Assembly (NCBI GenBank): GCA_036489375.1
Contig: DASXFX010000078.1
Coordinates: 5,170 to 69,169 of the forward strand
From: Candidatus Binataceae bacterium
GTDB lineage: Bacteria; Desulfobacterota; Binatia; Binatales; Binataceae
Length of the DNA stretch: 64,000 bases
Direction: 5' to 3'
Each line of letters starts with the position of its first letter. Positions within the stretch are counted from its first letter, which is position 1. Below, in pieces: positions 28,091 through 37,930 of the stretch. A model generated the notes under the pieces. That model was given only the letters and a program-made list of their open reading frames with translations. It was not told the DNA's origin and searched no databases. The translations under genes and the position numbers were made by a program.

Positions 28091-29553
28091 TGGGTGAGTG
28101 GTTCGGTTCCCTGGGCCAGACTGATGGCGTTGCGGAGACGGGCGACGGTACGCGCGCGTCCGAGCACCGCGATCACTTCGTAAATGCCGGGGCTCACGGT
28201 GCCGCCAGTCAGGGCGACGCGCACCGGCTGAGCCAGTTGGCCAAGCTTCAAATTGAAGCGCGCCAGCACCCGTTCGAAGGCGCCCTGAATGGAAACTTCG
28301 GCGAAATCGGACTCGAGAGCGTCGAGTTCGTCGGCCGCCGCCGCGAGCGGCTCGGCGATGTCCGGCTTGAGGAATTTCGCCGCCGCCTTGGGATCGATCG
28401 TGATTTCGTCGTTGAGATAGAAGCTCGCGAACTCGACTAACTCCACCAGAGTCTTAGCGCGCTCGCGCAAGGTCGCGATCATCTTTTCGAGCCAGACGTC
28501 GTCGCCGGGAACGGTCCAACCCTTGAGCTCGATGAAGGGCTTGACGTCGTGCACGAGCCGCGTCAGCGGCAGCTCCTTCATATAGTGGAAGTTGAGCCAT
28601 AGGAGCTTTTCGGCGTTGAAGATGCCTGCCGATTTGCCGCAATTGGCGAAATCAAAATAGTCGAACATCTCCTGCAGCGAGAAGATTTCCTGATCGCCGT
28701 GAGACCATCCGAGGCGCACGAGGTAGTTGAGCAGCGCCTCGGGGAAATAGCCGAGGTCGCGGTAGGCGAAGACCGAAGTCGCACCGTGGCGCTTCGAGAG
28801 CTTCTGCCCATCGGGCCCCATCACCATCGGCAGATGAGCATACGCGGGAGGAATCAGGCCGAGTGCGTAGAAGATCTGCATCTGGCGCGGAGTGTTCGGC
28901 AAATGATCGTCGCCGCGGACCACGTGGGTCATGCCGAAGTCAGAGTCGTCGAGCACGGTGGCGAAGTTGTAGGTCGGCACGCCGTCGGAGCGAAAGATAA
29001 TCAGATCGTCGAGCTCGGTATTCTCGAAGACCGCGCGACCTTTGATTAGATCGTCAACGACGGTCGTGCCCTCGCGCGGCGAGCGAAATCGAATGGTGTA
29101 GTTGCGCCCTGCCCTTTTGTCGGGAAGTTCGACTTTGAGCAGGTCGGCGGGCGCCGTACGATCGCGGCAGCGACCGTCGTAGCCGGGCTTGCGATGCTCG
29201 CGCTCGGCGGCCTTGCGCATCGCGTCGAGTTCCGCCGTGGTGCAATAGCATGGGTACGCTTTGCCCTCGCGCAGGAGCTTGAGCGCGCTTTCGCGATAGC
29301 GTTCGAAGCGACTGGACTGAAAATACTTACGATCAGGCGGCCCTTCGTCCCAATCGACGCCGAGCCAGCGCAGGCTGTCGAGGATCTCGTCGAGCGATTC
29401 GGCGGTCGATCGCTCCTGATCGGTATCGTCGATGCGGAGAATGAAAGCACCCTGATTGTGGCGCGCAAAGAGATACGCAAACAGTCCGGAACGGACGTTG
29501 CCGATATGTAGCGCGCCGGTCGGACTCGGCGCGTAACGGGTGCGAACGGTCAC
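28087..29553 (-). CDS. gltX: glutamate--tRNA ligase
   Basis: RTRYAPSPTGALHIGNVRS (HIGH motif) and KLSKRHG (KMSKS motif). I place the start at the GTG at 29551-29553, 4 nt after the guaA stop; the longer track ORF would overlap guaA. Confidence 0.93.
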   Translation of the reverse strand: MTVRTRYAPSPTGALHIGNVRSGLFAYLFARHNQGAFILRIDDTDQERSTAESLDEILDSLRWLGVDWDEGPPDRKYFQSSRFERYRESALKLLREGKAYPCYCTTAELDAMRKAAEREHRKPGYDGRCRDRTAPADLLKVELPDKRAGRNYTIRFRSPREGTTVVDDLIKGRAVFENTELDDLIIFRSDGVPTYNFATVLDDSDFGMTHVVRGDDHLPNTPRQMQIFYALGLIPPAYAHLPMVMGPDGQKLSKRHGATSVFAYRDLGYFPEALLNYLVRLGWSHGDQEIFSLQEMFDYFDFANCGKSAGIFNAEKLLWLNFHYMKELPLTRLVHDVKPFIELKGWTVPGDDVWLEKMIATLRERAKTLVELVEFASFYLNDEITIDPKAAAKFLKPDIAEPLAAAADELDALESDFAEVSIQGAFERVLARFNLKLGQLAQPVRVALTGGTVSPGIYEVIAVLGRARTVARLRNAISLAQGTEPLTH

Positions 29554-29557
29554 AATG

Positions 29558-31090
29558 TTATTCCCACTCGATGGTCGCGGGCGGCTTCGAGGTGATGTCG
29601 TAAACCACGCGATTGACGCCGCGAGTTTCATTGGTGATGCGGCTGGAAAGACGCGCGAGAAACGCCGGATCGAGCCGCGCCCAATCCGCAGTCATGCCAT
29701 CCTGCGACTCGACCGCGCGGATGGCGATAGCGCTTTCGTAGCTGCGTCCGTCGCCCATCACGCCGACGGTTTTCAGCGGCAGCAACACCGCGAAGGCCTG
29801 CCACAGGCGCGTACCTAGTCCGGCGCGCGCGACCTCGTCCATCACAACGGCGTCGGCGGCGCGCAGCAGGTCGAGCCGGGTTCGCGTCACCTCGCCGACG
29901 ATACGCACCGCGAGGCCCGGGCCCGGAAAGGGTTCGCGATCGACGATCTCGGCGGGCAAGCCGAGTTCGCGGCCAACCTCGCGGACCTCGTCCTTGAAGA
30001 GTTCACGCAACGGTTCGACGAGCTCCAGGCGCATATGTTCGGGCAAGCCACCGACATTGTGATGGCTCTTGATTACGGCCGAGGGGCCCTTGAAAGAGAC
30101 CGATTCAATGACGTCGGGGTAGAGCGTGCCCTGCCCCAGGAAGCGCGCGCCGCCGATTGCGGTAGCCTCACGATCGAAGACCTCGATGAAGGTATGGCCG
30201 ATTGCACGGCGCTTCACTTCAGGGTCGATGACGCCAGCCAGCCGCTCGAGGAAGAGATCGGTAGCATCGGCGATGCGCAACGGGATACCGAGGCGATCGG
30301 CGAAAGTCGCCTCCATGCGCTCTCGCTCGCCGGCGCGGAGCAGTCCATTATCGACGAAGACACAGATGAGGCGATCGCCGATGGCGCGGTGGATCAACGC
30401 GGCAGCGACGGAAGAATCGACGCCGCCCGAGAGTCCCATAATCACCCGATCATCAGTGCCGACGCGGTCGCGGATTTCCTTGAGCTTGGTCTCGACGAAG
30501 CCCGCCATGGTCCAGTCGCCGGGCTCCCCGCAGATTTTCAGGACGAAGTTGCGCAACACCTGAGTACCGCACGGCGTGTGCACGACCTCCGGATGAAACT
30601 GGATGCCGCGCATGGTGCCATCCCGCGAACGCACCGCCGCGTATGGTGAATTGTCGCTGTGTGCGATCGCCGCGAGTTCATCCGGGATGTGCTCGATACG
30701 ATCCCCGTGCGACATCCAGACTTGATGATCGCGGCCATCGAGGCCCTCGAAGAGCGCGTCGCGTTGGTCGATCACGAGCGTCGCGGAGCCATACTCGCGG
30801 GCATGAGCGCCGGCGCTATGCGCTCCGAGATGTTGCGCGATGACATACATGCCGTAGCAGATGCCGAGCACCGGGATGCCCAGGCGCAGGACTTCATCGG
30901 CGAGGTCGGGCGCGTCGGTGTCGTAGAGACTCGCCGGCCCGCCAGAAAGAATAATGCCGCGTGGATTCATCGCGCGGATTTTCTCGGGCGCGAAGTTGTA
31001 CGGATGGATTTCGCAATAGACCCGCGCCTCACGCACTCTGCGAGCGATGAGCTGGGTATATTGGCTGCCGAAATCGAGAATCAGGATCAC
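29558..31090 (-). CDS. guaA: GMP synthase (glutamine-hydrolysing)
   Basis: 510 aa. ILILDFGSQYTQLIARRVRE, the GICYG glutamine-amidotransferase Cys site, the SGGVDSSV PP-loop, and a C-terminal TIEWE end. Confidence 0.95.
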   Translation of the reverse strand: MILILDFGSQYTQLIARRVREARVYCEIHPYNFAPEKIRAMNPRGIILSGGPASLYDTDAPDLADEVLRLGIPVLGICYGMYVIAQHLGAHSAGAHAREYGSATLVIDQRDALFEGLDGRDHQVWMSHGDRIEHIPDELAAIAHSDNSPYAAVRSRDGTMRGIQFHPEVVHTPCGTQVLRNFVLKICGEPGDWTMAGFVETKLKEIRDRVGTDDRVIMGLSGGVDSSVAAALIHRAIGDRLICVFVDNGLLRAGERERMEATFADRLGIPLRIADATDLFLERLAGVIDPEVKRRAIGHTFIEVFDREATAIGGARFLGQGTLYPDVIESVSFKGPSAVIKSHHNVGGLPEHMRLELVEPLRELFKDEVREVGRELGLPAEIVDREPFPGPGLAVRIVGEVTRTRLDLLRAADAVVMDEVARAGLGTRLWQAFAVLLPLKTVGVMGDGRSYESAIAIRAVESQDGMTADWARLDPAFLARLSSRITNETRGVNRVVYDITSKPPATIEWE

Positions 31091-31176
31091 GAAGTTACCT
31101 TGCCCCTAGAATATAGCCGACCGCGCCGAAGCGGCGAAGAGCGTCCCCGTGGCGCTTTCCACAATCGCGGCGGGCG

Positions 31177-31953
31177 TCAGCGGAAGAGCTTGACCGTGTA
31201 GATAACCGTCAGCGAAACGCCGCAAAGGATGATGATAGCGCGCAGGATTTCACGCGGCATCACGTTGGCGAGGCGCATTCCGAACCACCCACCGGCGATA
31301 GCGCCCGGCATCATGCCGAGGGCGACTGGCCACACAATGCCCGACCACGCGAGCACCATCACGGCAGCAGCGTTGGAGGTCACCTGCACGAGCATCTTGA
31401 AGATGTTGGCGCGGCGCGCATCGTGCAGGCCGCAAACGGCCAACCCAGCCATCACCAGCACGCCGCCGCCGGCGCCGAAGTAGCCGTTGTAAACCGCAAC
31501 CACGAAGAGCACCGGAAAGGCCACTCCGTGAGGGGCATCGTGATTGGCGTCGGGGTAGAAGCGGCGATTGACCAGCGGTCCCGAGGCGAACAGGACGGTG
31601 CCAATGCCGAGCAGGATCGGCACGACCGTGCGGAAGAGCCCGTTCGGCGTCAACAACAGCATCGCGCCACCGACCGCGCCGCCAGCGACACTGATGACGA
31701 CGAGCGTCTTCAGGGCCGCGCGGGGGATCGCCGCGAGTTCCTCGCGCGCCGCCGCGACCGAAGCCGCATAGCCCGGCCACAATCCGACAGTGCAGGTGGC
31801 ATTGGCGAGTTTCTCGGTCATGCCGATGACACCGTTGAGCACCGGGAAGGCGATGAAGGTGCCGCCACCGGCGATCGCATTGACGACCGCCGCCATGAAA
31901 GCCGCGGCCGCGCCGATTAGACTCGCGGTGCCAAACGCTGTGGGAATTGACAA
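31177..31953 (-). CDS. TauE/SafE-family sulfite/anion exporter
   Basis: 258 aa, polytopic, with the repeated AGGGTFIAFP and GAGGGVL motifs typical of TauE/SafE. Confidence 0.8.
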   Translation of the reverse strand: MSIPTAFGTASLIGAAAAFMAAVVNAIAGGGTFIAFPVLNGVIGMTEKLANATCTVGLWPGYAASVAAAREELAAIPRAALKTLVVISVAGGAVGGAMLLLTPNGLFRTVVPILLGIGTVLFASGPLVNRRFYPDANHDAPHGVAFPVLFVVAVYNGYFGAGGGVLVMAGLAVCGLHDARRANIFKMLVQVTSNAAAVMVLAWSGIVWPVALGMMPGAIAGGWFGMRLANVMPREILRAIIILCGVSLTVIYTVKLFR

Positions 31954-32100
31954 ACAGCCTCCTGCCCCATCGACGCGGATGCGCTTTGCGTGCGTGCGAT
32001 AGTTCGCCGCATTTTGTGGAAACTTGACGCCATGTCAAGCATCGGGCGATTCGAAGAGTCAGTGCAGTTCGACGCGATCGGGTCGCGTCGCAGGCGAAGA

Positions 32101-32667
32101 CTACTCGCCTTCAGTCGCCTGCATGCTGCGAAAAAGGCGCAAAAGGGTCCCGTGAAATTGCGGCTCATTGTCGCCGACCGGCGCGAAGAAATTCTCATAC
32201 GCACGCTCGATCACCGGGATGCAGCGCAGAATGACCCGGTTCCCTTCGTCAGTGACGGAGAGCAGTCGGCTGCGCGTATCGTGCGGATCGGGAGTACGCA
32301 CGATGGCCTGCTTTTTCTCGAGGGTGCGCACCACCTTTGAAATCAACATCGGATCCATCGCGCAGAATTTCGCGAGCCGCGCTTGCGAAGGCGGCCCGCT
32401 GGTACGGGTCAGCCACGCGGTCGAGCCCAAGGCGATCATTTGTAGATGGGTCAGCCCCATCGCGACCAATTCGCTGTTGAGCCGCCGCATCCATCCGTGT
32501 GCAGTCTGCCACAACAAATAACCGAGACTGTCCTCAGGTTGCTTGAAGCGGGAAACCGAATCCCAATCAACCGGAAGCGTGGCGGGGACTGTAGATTCGG
32601 CCGCTCGATTCTCCGCTGCATCAGTATCCGCGCCTATCGAAGGTCCGGACTTTGCCACTCTATTCAA
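32101..32667 (-). CDS. MarR-family transcriptional regulator
   Basis: Winged-helix core LGYLLWQTAH...LTHLQMIAL...QARLAKFCAMDPMLISKVVRTLEKKQAIVRTPDPHDTRSRLLSVTDEG. The N-terminal ~40 aa may not be translated. Confidence 0.85.
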   Translation of the reverse strand: MNRVAKSGPSIGADTDAAENRAAESTVPATLPVDWDSVSRFKQPEDSLGYLLWQTAHGWMRRLNSELVAMGLTHLQMIALGSTAWLTRTSGPPSQARLAKFCAMDPMLISKVVRTLEKKQAIVRTPDPHDTRSRLLSVTDEGNRVILRCIPVIERAYENFFAPVGDNEPQFHGTLLRLFRSMQATEGE

Positions 32668-32939
32668 CCTCGCACTCGCGCGATTCTATCTGTATCGACA
32701 GGCTGCAAACCATCATCTGGCACTTGAGATACTCACGTGGATATTGCCGCTCGCAGGCGCTCGATGCCAGCACCGGTTCGGAGTCTCGTCGACGTGCTGG
32801 CGACGCGCAATGATCTTGCGAGATCGCTCCCTTCCGTAGCGGCTCCGCATCCGTTAGTGGAACTTCGCGGGAAATTGCGAGAGACGGTTGGCGGATAGCT
32901 TCTCCGCTCGATACCAGAAAAGGGGTAGAATATCTTCAC

Positions 32940-33680
32940 ATGCATGCCGATGAAACTGGACTTATCCGCTGGTCGGCGATCATCGGGGTGATTCTCCTGA
33001 TCGCGCCATCGAGCCTATCGCTGCTGCATGCCGATCCCGGCGTGACTATGAGCGCCAACGGAAACGGCACGGCCAATGCCGGCGCCAACGATCCGATGGC
33101 GCAGGTGAAGAACGGCGTCAGCGATGTAATCGACGTCTTCAAAACGCCAGACACACCGCTGAAAGTGCGCCGTGAAAAATTGCGCGAACTTGGGGCGCAG
33201 TACTTCGATTTCGAATCGATGACCCGTTCGGTGATGGGGTACCATTGGCGCGAACTCTCTCCGGCGCAACGGCTCGAAGTGGTCTCGCTCTTCACCAACT
33301 TCATCAATGACGCCTACCTGAGCAAGCTGCAGGATTACAGCGTGAAAAAGGTCGAGGAGGAGTTGCCGACCGTCAATATCCAGTTTACCCGCGAGACCTT
33401 CGATGGGCCGGAATACGCGGAAGTGTACAGCACGATCATGCTCAAGGAGCAGAAGGATCCGATTGCTCTGAATTACCTGATGCACCTGACGAACGGAAAA
33501 TGGAAGGTCTATGATGTGACCGTCGATGCGATCAGCGTAATCGCAAACTACCGTAATCAGTTCAATCGCGTTATGAACGAAGGCGGCTACGACAAACTCA
33601 CCGCTGATCTGCGTGCAAAGACCTTGGGTCTTCAACAGCAACTCGACGCGCCGAACCCGCCGTCGCCGCGCACCAATTAA
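32940..33680 (+). CDS. MlaC/Ttg2D-family periplasmic lipid-binding protein
   Basis: Signal-like N-terminus followed by FDFESMTRSVMGYHWRELSPAQR...FTNFINDAYLSKL...WKVYDVTVDAISVIANYRNQF, which is typical of the toluene-tolerance Ttg2D/MlaC family. Confidence 0.8.
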   Translation: MHADETGLIRWSAIIGVILLIAPSSLSLLHADPGVTMSANGNGTANAGANDPMAQVKNGVSDVIDVFKTPDTPLKVRREKLRELGAQYFDFESMTRSVMGYHWRELSPAQRLEVVSLFTNFINDAYLSKLQDYSVKKVEEELPTVNIQFTRETFDGPEYAEVYSTIMLKEQKDPIALNYLMHLTNGKWKVYDVTVDAISVIANYRNQFNRVMNEGGYDKLTADLRAKTLGLQQQLDAPNPPSPRTN

Positions 33681-33821
33681 CTCGTCCACGCGCTCACTCT
33701 CGATAATGCAGGTGTATGACTGACCCTTACCGCAGGTTGGAAAGCGTAAGCCGGCTCCGTTAGACGAGATGCTAAAGCGGTTACGTGGCGGCGCGATTCC
33801 ACTCATCAACGAATAGTGGCT

Positions 33822-34541
33822 ATGAACACGGAAATCCGGATCGGCGCGTCGGGCTTCAGCTACAAGGAATGGCTTGGGCATTTCTATCCTGCAAAGCTCT
33901 CCGGCGCTAAGATGCTCGCTTACTATGCCGAGCGTCTGCCGGCCGTTGAGATCAACTACACTTTTCGCCGGATGCCCAAGGCTTCGACGTTCGAGGGATG
34001 GACCCAGAAGACGCCGCCGAACTTTCGGTTCGCCCTGAAGGCCTCGCAACGGATCACGCATTTCGATCGTCTTCGCGGCACGCAGAGCGCGCTCGACTAT
34101 TTCATCGAAGTCGCGGGTGCACTGCGGGATCGCCTGGGGCCGGTACTATTTCAACTGCCGCCTGACCTTCCGCGCGACGACGAATTACTGACCGATTTTT
34201 TGGACGAGATAGGCGGTCGAGTGCGCGCCACCTTCGAGTTTCGGAACCGCTCATGGTTCAACGATCGCGTTTTGGAAATTCTGCGTACCAAGCGCGCCGC
34301 ACTTTGCATAGCTGAGAGCGAGAAACTCGCGAGTCCGGTAGAATGCACAGCCCCCTTTGCGTATCTGCGGCTGCGCAACGAGACCTACGATGACGCCGGA
34401 CTTGAGTTGTGGGCCTCGCGCATTCGGGCCCTGGCGGAGCAGGCGCAGGAGATCTACGTATTCTTCAAGCACGAATCGGCCGCCCCGGATCTCGCGAATC
34501 GCTTGGCCGCGATGCTCAAGACGGGCGACTCCGCCGAATGA
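33822..34541 (+). CDS. DUF72-family protein
   Basis: IRIGASGFSYKEWLGHFYP...VEINYTFRRMP...RFALKASQRITH...VLFQLPP matches DUF72 (YecE-like). Confidence 0.85.
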   Translation: MNTEIRIGASGFSYKEWLGHFYPAKLSGAKMLAYYAERLPAVEINYTFRRMPKASTFEGWTQKTPPNFRFALKASQRITHFDRLRGTQSALDYFIEVAGALRDRLGPVLFQLPPDLPRDDELLTDFLDEIGGRVRATFEFRNRSWFNDRVLEILRTKRAALCIAESEKLASPVECTAPFAYLRLRNETYDDAGLELWASRIRALAEQAQEIYVFFKHESAAPDLANRLAAMLKTGDSAE

Positions 34542-34547
34542 TCGGCT

Positions 34548-34901
34548 TCAGGACTTTGGCAGGTTCTTAAGCATTTCGACATTGAGTTGCAGCTTCTCGC
34601 CGAGCCATAACGGATTAACCGCATGGTCGGTGTATGCGTCGCCGGTTTCCGGATGCACCAGTACGGTGAGCCCGTCGCGATTGAGCATTAGCCACGGCAC
34701 GATGCGCGGGAACTCCTCGGTGCCAAAGGCGACCTGATACATCGCTTGTGGATGCGGTCCAACCGGCATATCGCGCCAACGGCCCATTACCACCTTGAAA
34801 TGACCCTCGATGAATTCGCGAATGCGCGCGGCGCGTTCGCGCACGGCCTCATCGTAGTAGATATGCGCGTGATAGCCCTTTATACCCTCGGGATCGGTCA
34901 T
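34548..34901 (-). CDS. DOPA 4,5-dioxygenase-family (DODA-type) protein
   Basis: GYHAHIYYDE...GRWRDMPVGPHP...LVHPETGD matches the small DOPA-dioxygenase family (about 115 aa). The 92-aa upstream in-frame extension in the track has no family support, and there is no clear RBS at either start. Confidence 0.65.
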   Translation of the reverse strand: MTDPEGIKGYHAHIYYDEAVRERAARIREFIEGHFKVVMGRWRDMPVGPHPQAMYQVAFGTEEFPRIVPWLMLNRDGLTVLVHPETGDAYTDHAVNPLWLGEKLQLNVEMLKNLPKS

Positions 34902-35345
34902 ATTGTTCAGATTATGCCGGATAGTCTGCGAGTTGAAGCACCGCCAAAGGCCCCTTTCAAGCGCGTTGAGCCGAGTTGTTAATTCGACTAGTGCGCCCGG
35001 AGCCTCGATATTCCGCGAGATTGTCACTCGATCGTCCTGTGCAGACCGGAATTTGAGAGGGGAGCGTTGCAATTCTGCATCAACGTTGCGTGCGAGGTGC
35101 GATTCGTCAATCAGGCGTCCGTACGGGTGCAGGATGCGGGCGTATTCGTGCGGCGGCGTTCGACCTTTTAAAAGCAACCGTCAAACGGCCATCACGCATC
35201 GCAGACGCCGGATAAGCACAGGATGACGTTTGGAGTGCTCTGACCAGTTGTAGGGTTTATATGACTAATCGTAGATATATTTGGCCCGCGGCATCGTGCT
35301 TGCTTAAAGCATAGCGCGCCCGTTCTTTTTTGCGCGAATCGACAA

Positions 35346-36524
35346 GTGACGTCAGAACTGTATCGCGATACCCAGACTATGTTCGGCCGGCGCCCGGCTA
35401 CGCAGTGCGTCGAACCGATCGCGCCGGTCTTGCGGCGGATTCATACGTTAGCGGCCGATTTTGGCGTTTTTGTGCTCGATCTGTCAGGGCGCGTAGCGAG
35501 CTGGAATGCGCTCGCGGAACGGGTGAGCGGATATCACGCCGACGAGATCCTGGGCCGCAAGTTATCCCGGATCTATGCCCTCTCGGCTGGAGCGTTGGAC
35601 AACAGCGTCACGGAACGACGACTGGCGAGAACGCTGAAAATCGCCGCTGCGACCGGCCGCTGTGAGGATCGGGCATCGCTGGTGAGCAAGGGCGCCGGGT
35701 CCTTCTGGGTCGAGATTGCGGTGACCGCCGTGCGCGACTCCAGCGGTGATCCGTGTGGCTTTGGCTGCACCATCCGCGATATCTCGGAGTCGTATCGGAT
35801 GCAGCTCGAACTCATCGGCGTCCGTGATGCAGAGCTCGAATCATCGCGGTTCAAGTCCGCATTTTTGTCGAATATCAGTCATGAATTCCGCACCCCATTG
35901 AACATCATCCTCGGTTACAGCGATCTGATTGGCGAGTACCTCGCGGAGGACCACGACTCCGGCCAGCGGGATAGTGCGGAAGCGGTAGCGCGGGCCTGCA
36001 AGCGACTGCTGCGAACGCTCGACGCGGTGCTGGACTATTCCAAGCTCGAATCGCGTTCGTTTGCGATAAGTCCGCGCACGCTGAAGTTGGCGCCCTTGAT
36101 CCGGCGGCTGATTGGTGAACACGCGGCACAGGCCTCGGAGAAAGGCCTCCGGCTGACGTGCGCATTCGACAACGACGACGTAGCGGTCACCACCGACGAG
36201 TATTGCGTGATGCATTCGGTGCGAAATCTGATCGAGAACGCGATCAAGTTCACGGAGCACGGAAGTGTCGCGGTGCGCTTGTATCGCGATTCGATTGGAG
36301 CCGTCTGTATCACCGTTTCGGATACCGGAATCGGCGTCGACAAAGACTACCTACCGCGTTTGCTGGAACCGTTCTCGCAGGAGGATTCAGGCGATACGCG
36401 ACGCTTCGAAGGCGCCGGGTTGGGCCTCGCACTAAGCCGGCGTTACCTCGAACTTAACGGCGCCAGTCTGACCGCGCATAGCGATAAAGGAGTTGGTTCG
36501 AGCTTTACGATTCGCTTTCGCTAG
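35346..36524 (+). CDS. cytoplasmic PAS-domain sensor histidine kinase
   Basis: PAS-like N-terminus (VLDLSGRVASWNALAERVSGY), H-box FLSNISHEFRTPLN, N-box NLIENAIKFT, G-boxes DTGIGV and GAGLGLALSRR. It has no TM segments and no adjacent response regulator. Confidence 0.88.
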   Translation: MTSELYRDTQTMFGRRPATQCVEPIAPVLRRIHTLAADFGVFVLDLSGRVASWNALAERVSGYHADEILGRKLSRIYALSAGALDNSVTERRLARTLKIAAATGRCEDRASLVSKGAGSFWVEIAVTAVRDSSGDPCGFGCTIRDISESYRMQLELIGVRDAELESSRFKSAFLSNISHEFRTPLNIILGYSDLIGEYLAEDHDSGQRDSAEAVARACKRLLRTLDAVLDYSKLESRSFAISPRTLKLAPLIRRLIGEHAAQASEKGLRLTCAFDNDDVAVTTDEYCVMHSVRNLIENAIKFTEHGSVAVRLYRDSIGAVCITVSDTGIGVDKDYLPRLLEPFSQEDSGDTRRFEGAGLGLALSRRYLELNGASLTAHSDKGVGSSFTIRFR

Positions 36525-36677
36525 GGCCACGGATCGCGAATACTTGCTCACGCGGCCGTGACACTGCACAGCCGATCGGCACGGGCGACGACCTTCGCAG
36601 GGTCTATCCGGGCGCTGGGGTTGGCGTGATACTTTTGCCTCGAACCGATTTGAGCTATCACACAAGGCAGAAGTCCG

Positions 36678-37313
36678 ATGGCCACTGGCAACGAAACACT
36701 GAAGTTCTATTACGATTTCAAGAGCCCGTTCACCTATCTGGCGCTGGGGCCGGCACTTGCGCTCGAGCTATCTCATCGCGTGAGCCTGCACTTTATACCG
36801 CGGGACTTCGAACCGCGCGTCGCTTACGGCGGAGAGCTGGAAGAGCGCCAGCCGCACGACTGGAACAAGGTGCGCTATCTCTATGCTGACGCGCGGCGCT
36901 TCGCCAACGAACGCGGGATCATAATCCGCGGGCCGCAAAAGCTGTTCGACTCGCGGCTGGCGATGATGAGCGGAATCTACGCTGAGCGCCACGGACGCTT
37001 TCGCGATTATGCGCCAAGGGTGTTCGAGCGCTTCTTCAAGCGCGAACTTGATATCGAAGATCCTGCGGCGCTGGCGGTCGTCCTCCGCGAAGCGCACCTC
37101 GACGCTGAAGACTTCGCGCGGTATGCAGGGAGCGACGGTCCCGAGGACCTGGAACGCGCACGGGCTGAAGCGGACCGCGATGGTATCTTTGGGGTGCCTA
37201 CGATTATAGTCAGCGGCGAACCGTTCTGGGGCAACGACCGGATCGATTGGGTAGTCAAAAAACTCGACGCGATCGGACTGCGGCGCGATGACGCCGGCCT
37301 CGCGTCTCAATAG
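36678..37313 (+). CDS. DsbA-like thioredoxin-fold protein (2-hydroxychromene-2-carboxylate isomerase family), paralog of 11958-12563
   Basis: KFYYDFKSPFTYLA ... GIFGVPTIIVSGEPFWGNDRI has the same architecture as the 11958-12563 protein. Confidence 0.8.
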   Translation: MATGNETLKFYYDFKSPFTYLALGPALALELSHRVSLHFIPRDFEPRVAYGGELEERQPHDWNKVRYLYADARRFANERGIIIRGPQKLFDSRLAMMSGIYAERHGRFRDYAPRVFERFFKRELDIEDPAALAVVLREAHLDAEDFARYAGSDGPEDLERARAEADRDGIFGVPTIIVSGEPFWGNDRIDWVVKKLDAIGLRRDDAGLASQ

Positions 37314-37329
37314 GCGGCAGGAATTATTC

Positions 37330-37731
37330 ATGCGTCCAGTACCGGTCGGAACCAAGGGAACTTACGAATTCGTAGTCGCGCGCAAGGATCTCGCGGACAC
37401 TTTGGAGCCCTCGCTGCCTCCGGTCCTCGCGACCGCGATGATGAGCCTGGCGATGGAGATAGCTGCGATCGATGCGCTCAAGGATTATCTGGAACCCGGC
37501 GAAATGACCGTGGGAGCGATCGTTAACGTGACTCATACTGCGGCGACACCCGAAGGATGGAAAGTGCGCGCCGAGGCGGAAGTCACGAAATGCGACGGCC
37601 GACGAATTGAATTCGACGTGCGCGCTGCGGACGAAAAGGAAGCTATCGGAAGCGGAACTCATATGCGGGCGGTGGTTGATCGCGGAAAGTTCGATGAGCG
37701 CTTCGCGGTCAAAGTGAAATCACGACCGTAG
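37330..37731 (+). CDS. hotdog-fold thioesterase (fluoroacetyl-CoA-thioesterase-like)
   Basis: 133 aa from the ATG after AGGAA. VPVGTKGTYEFVV...VLATAMMSLAME...VGAIVNVTHTAATPEG...GSGTHMRAVV resembles the FlK-type thioesterase family. Confidence 0.7.
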   Translation: MRPVPVGTKGTYEFVVARKDLADTLEPSLPPVLATAMMSLAMEIAAIDALKDYLEPGEMTVGAIVNVTHTAATPEGWKVRAEAEVTKCDGRRIEFDVRAADEKEAIGSGTHMRAVVDRGKFDERFAVKVKSRP

Positions 37732-37930
37732 GACCATCGCGTCAGGTGCCGGCGACGCGGAGCAAACCGAGCTTCGCGAAGTGCGGCGGGCGTCCGCGCT
37801 TAAGCTCACAGGCCGCGCGAATGTCACCGGTGTCGAGGAGTGGCACAGGCCTCCACTTCAACCAGATCCAGACAGAAACAGAGCGCGACGAACGGACGCC
37901 AGCGCGCGTTATATTCGAGGAAAATAATCG

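Noticed and set aside
29554-29631. N-terminal extension of gltX in the ORF track
   Set aside because: It would overlap the guaA 3' end by 74 nt. The GTG at 29553 gives the canonical VTVRTRYAPSPTG N-terminus.
33015-34061. 348-aa minus-strand ORF spanning two plus-strand genes
   Set aside because: It overlaps both the MlaC-like and DUF72 genes, which have family signatures. Its composition is Arg-rich and it has no recognisable domain.
34902-35177. 92-aa in-frame extension upstream of the DOPA-dioxygenase-like domain
   Set aside because: This family is about 115 aa as I recall, and the extension has no features and lower G+C. It is kept only as an uncertainty, because the short start lacks a clear RBS.
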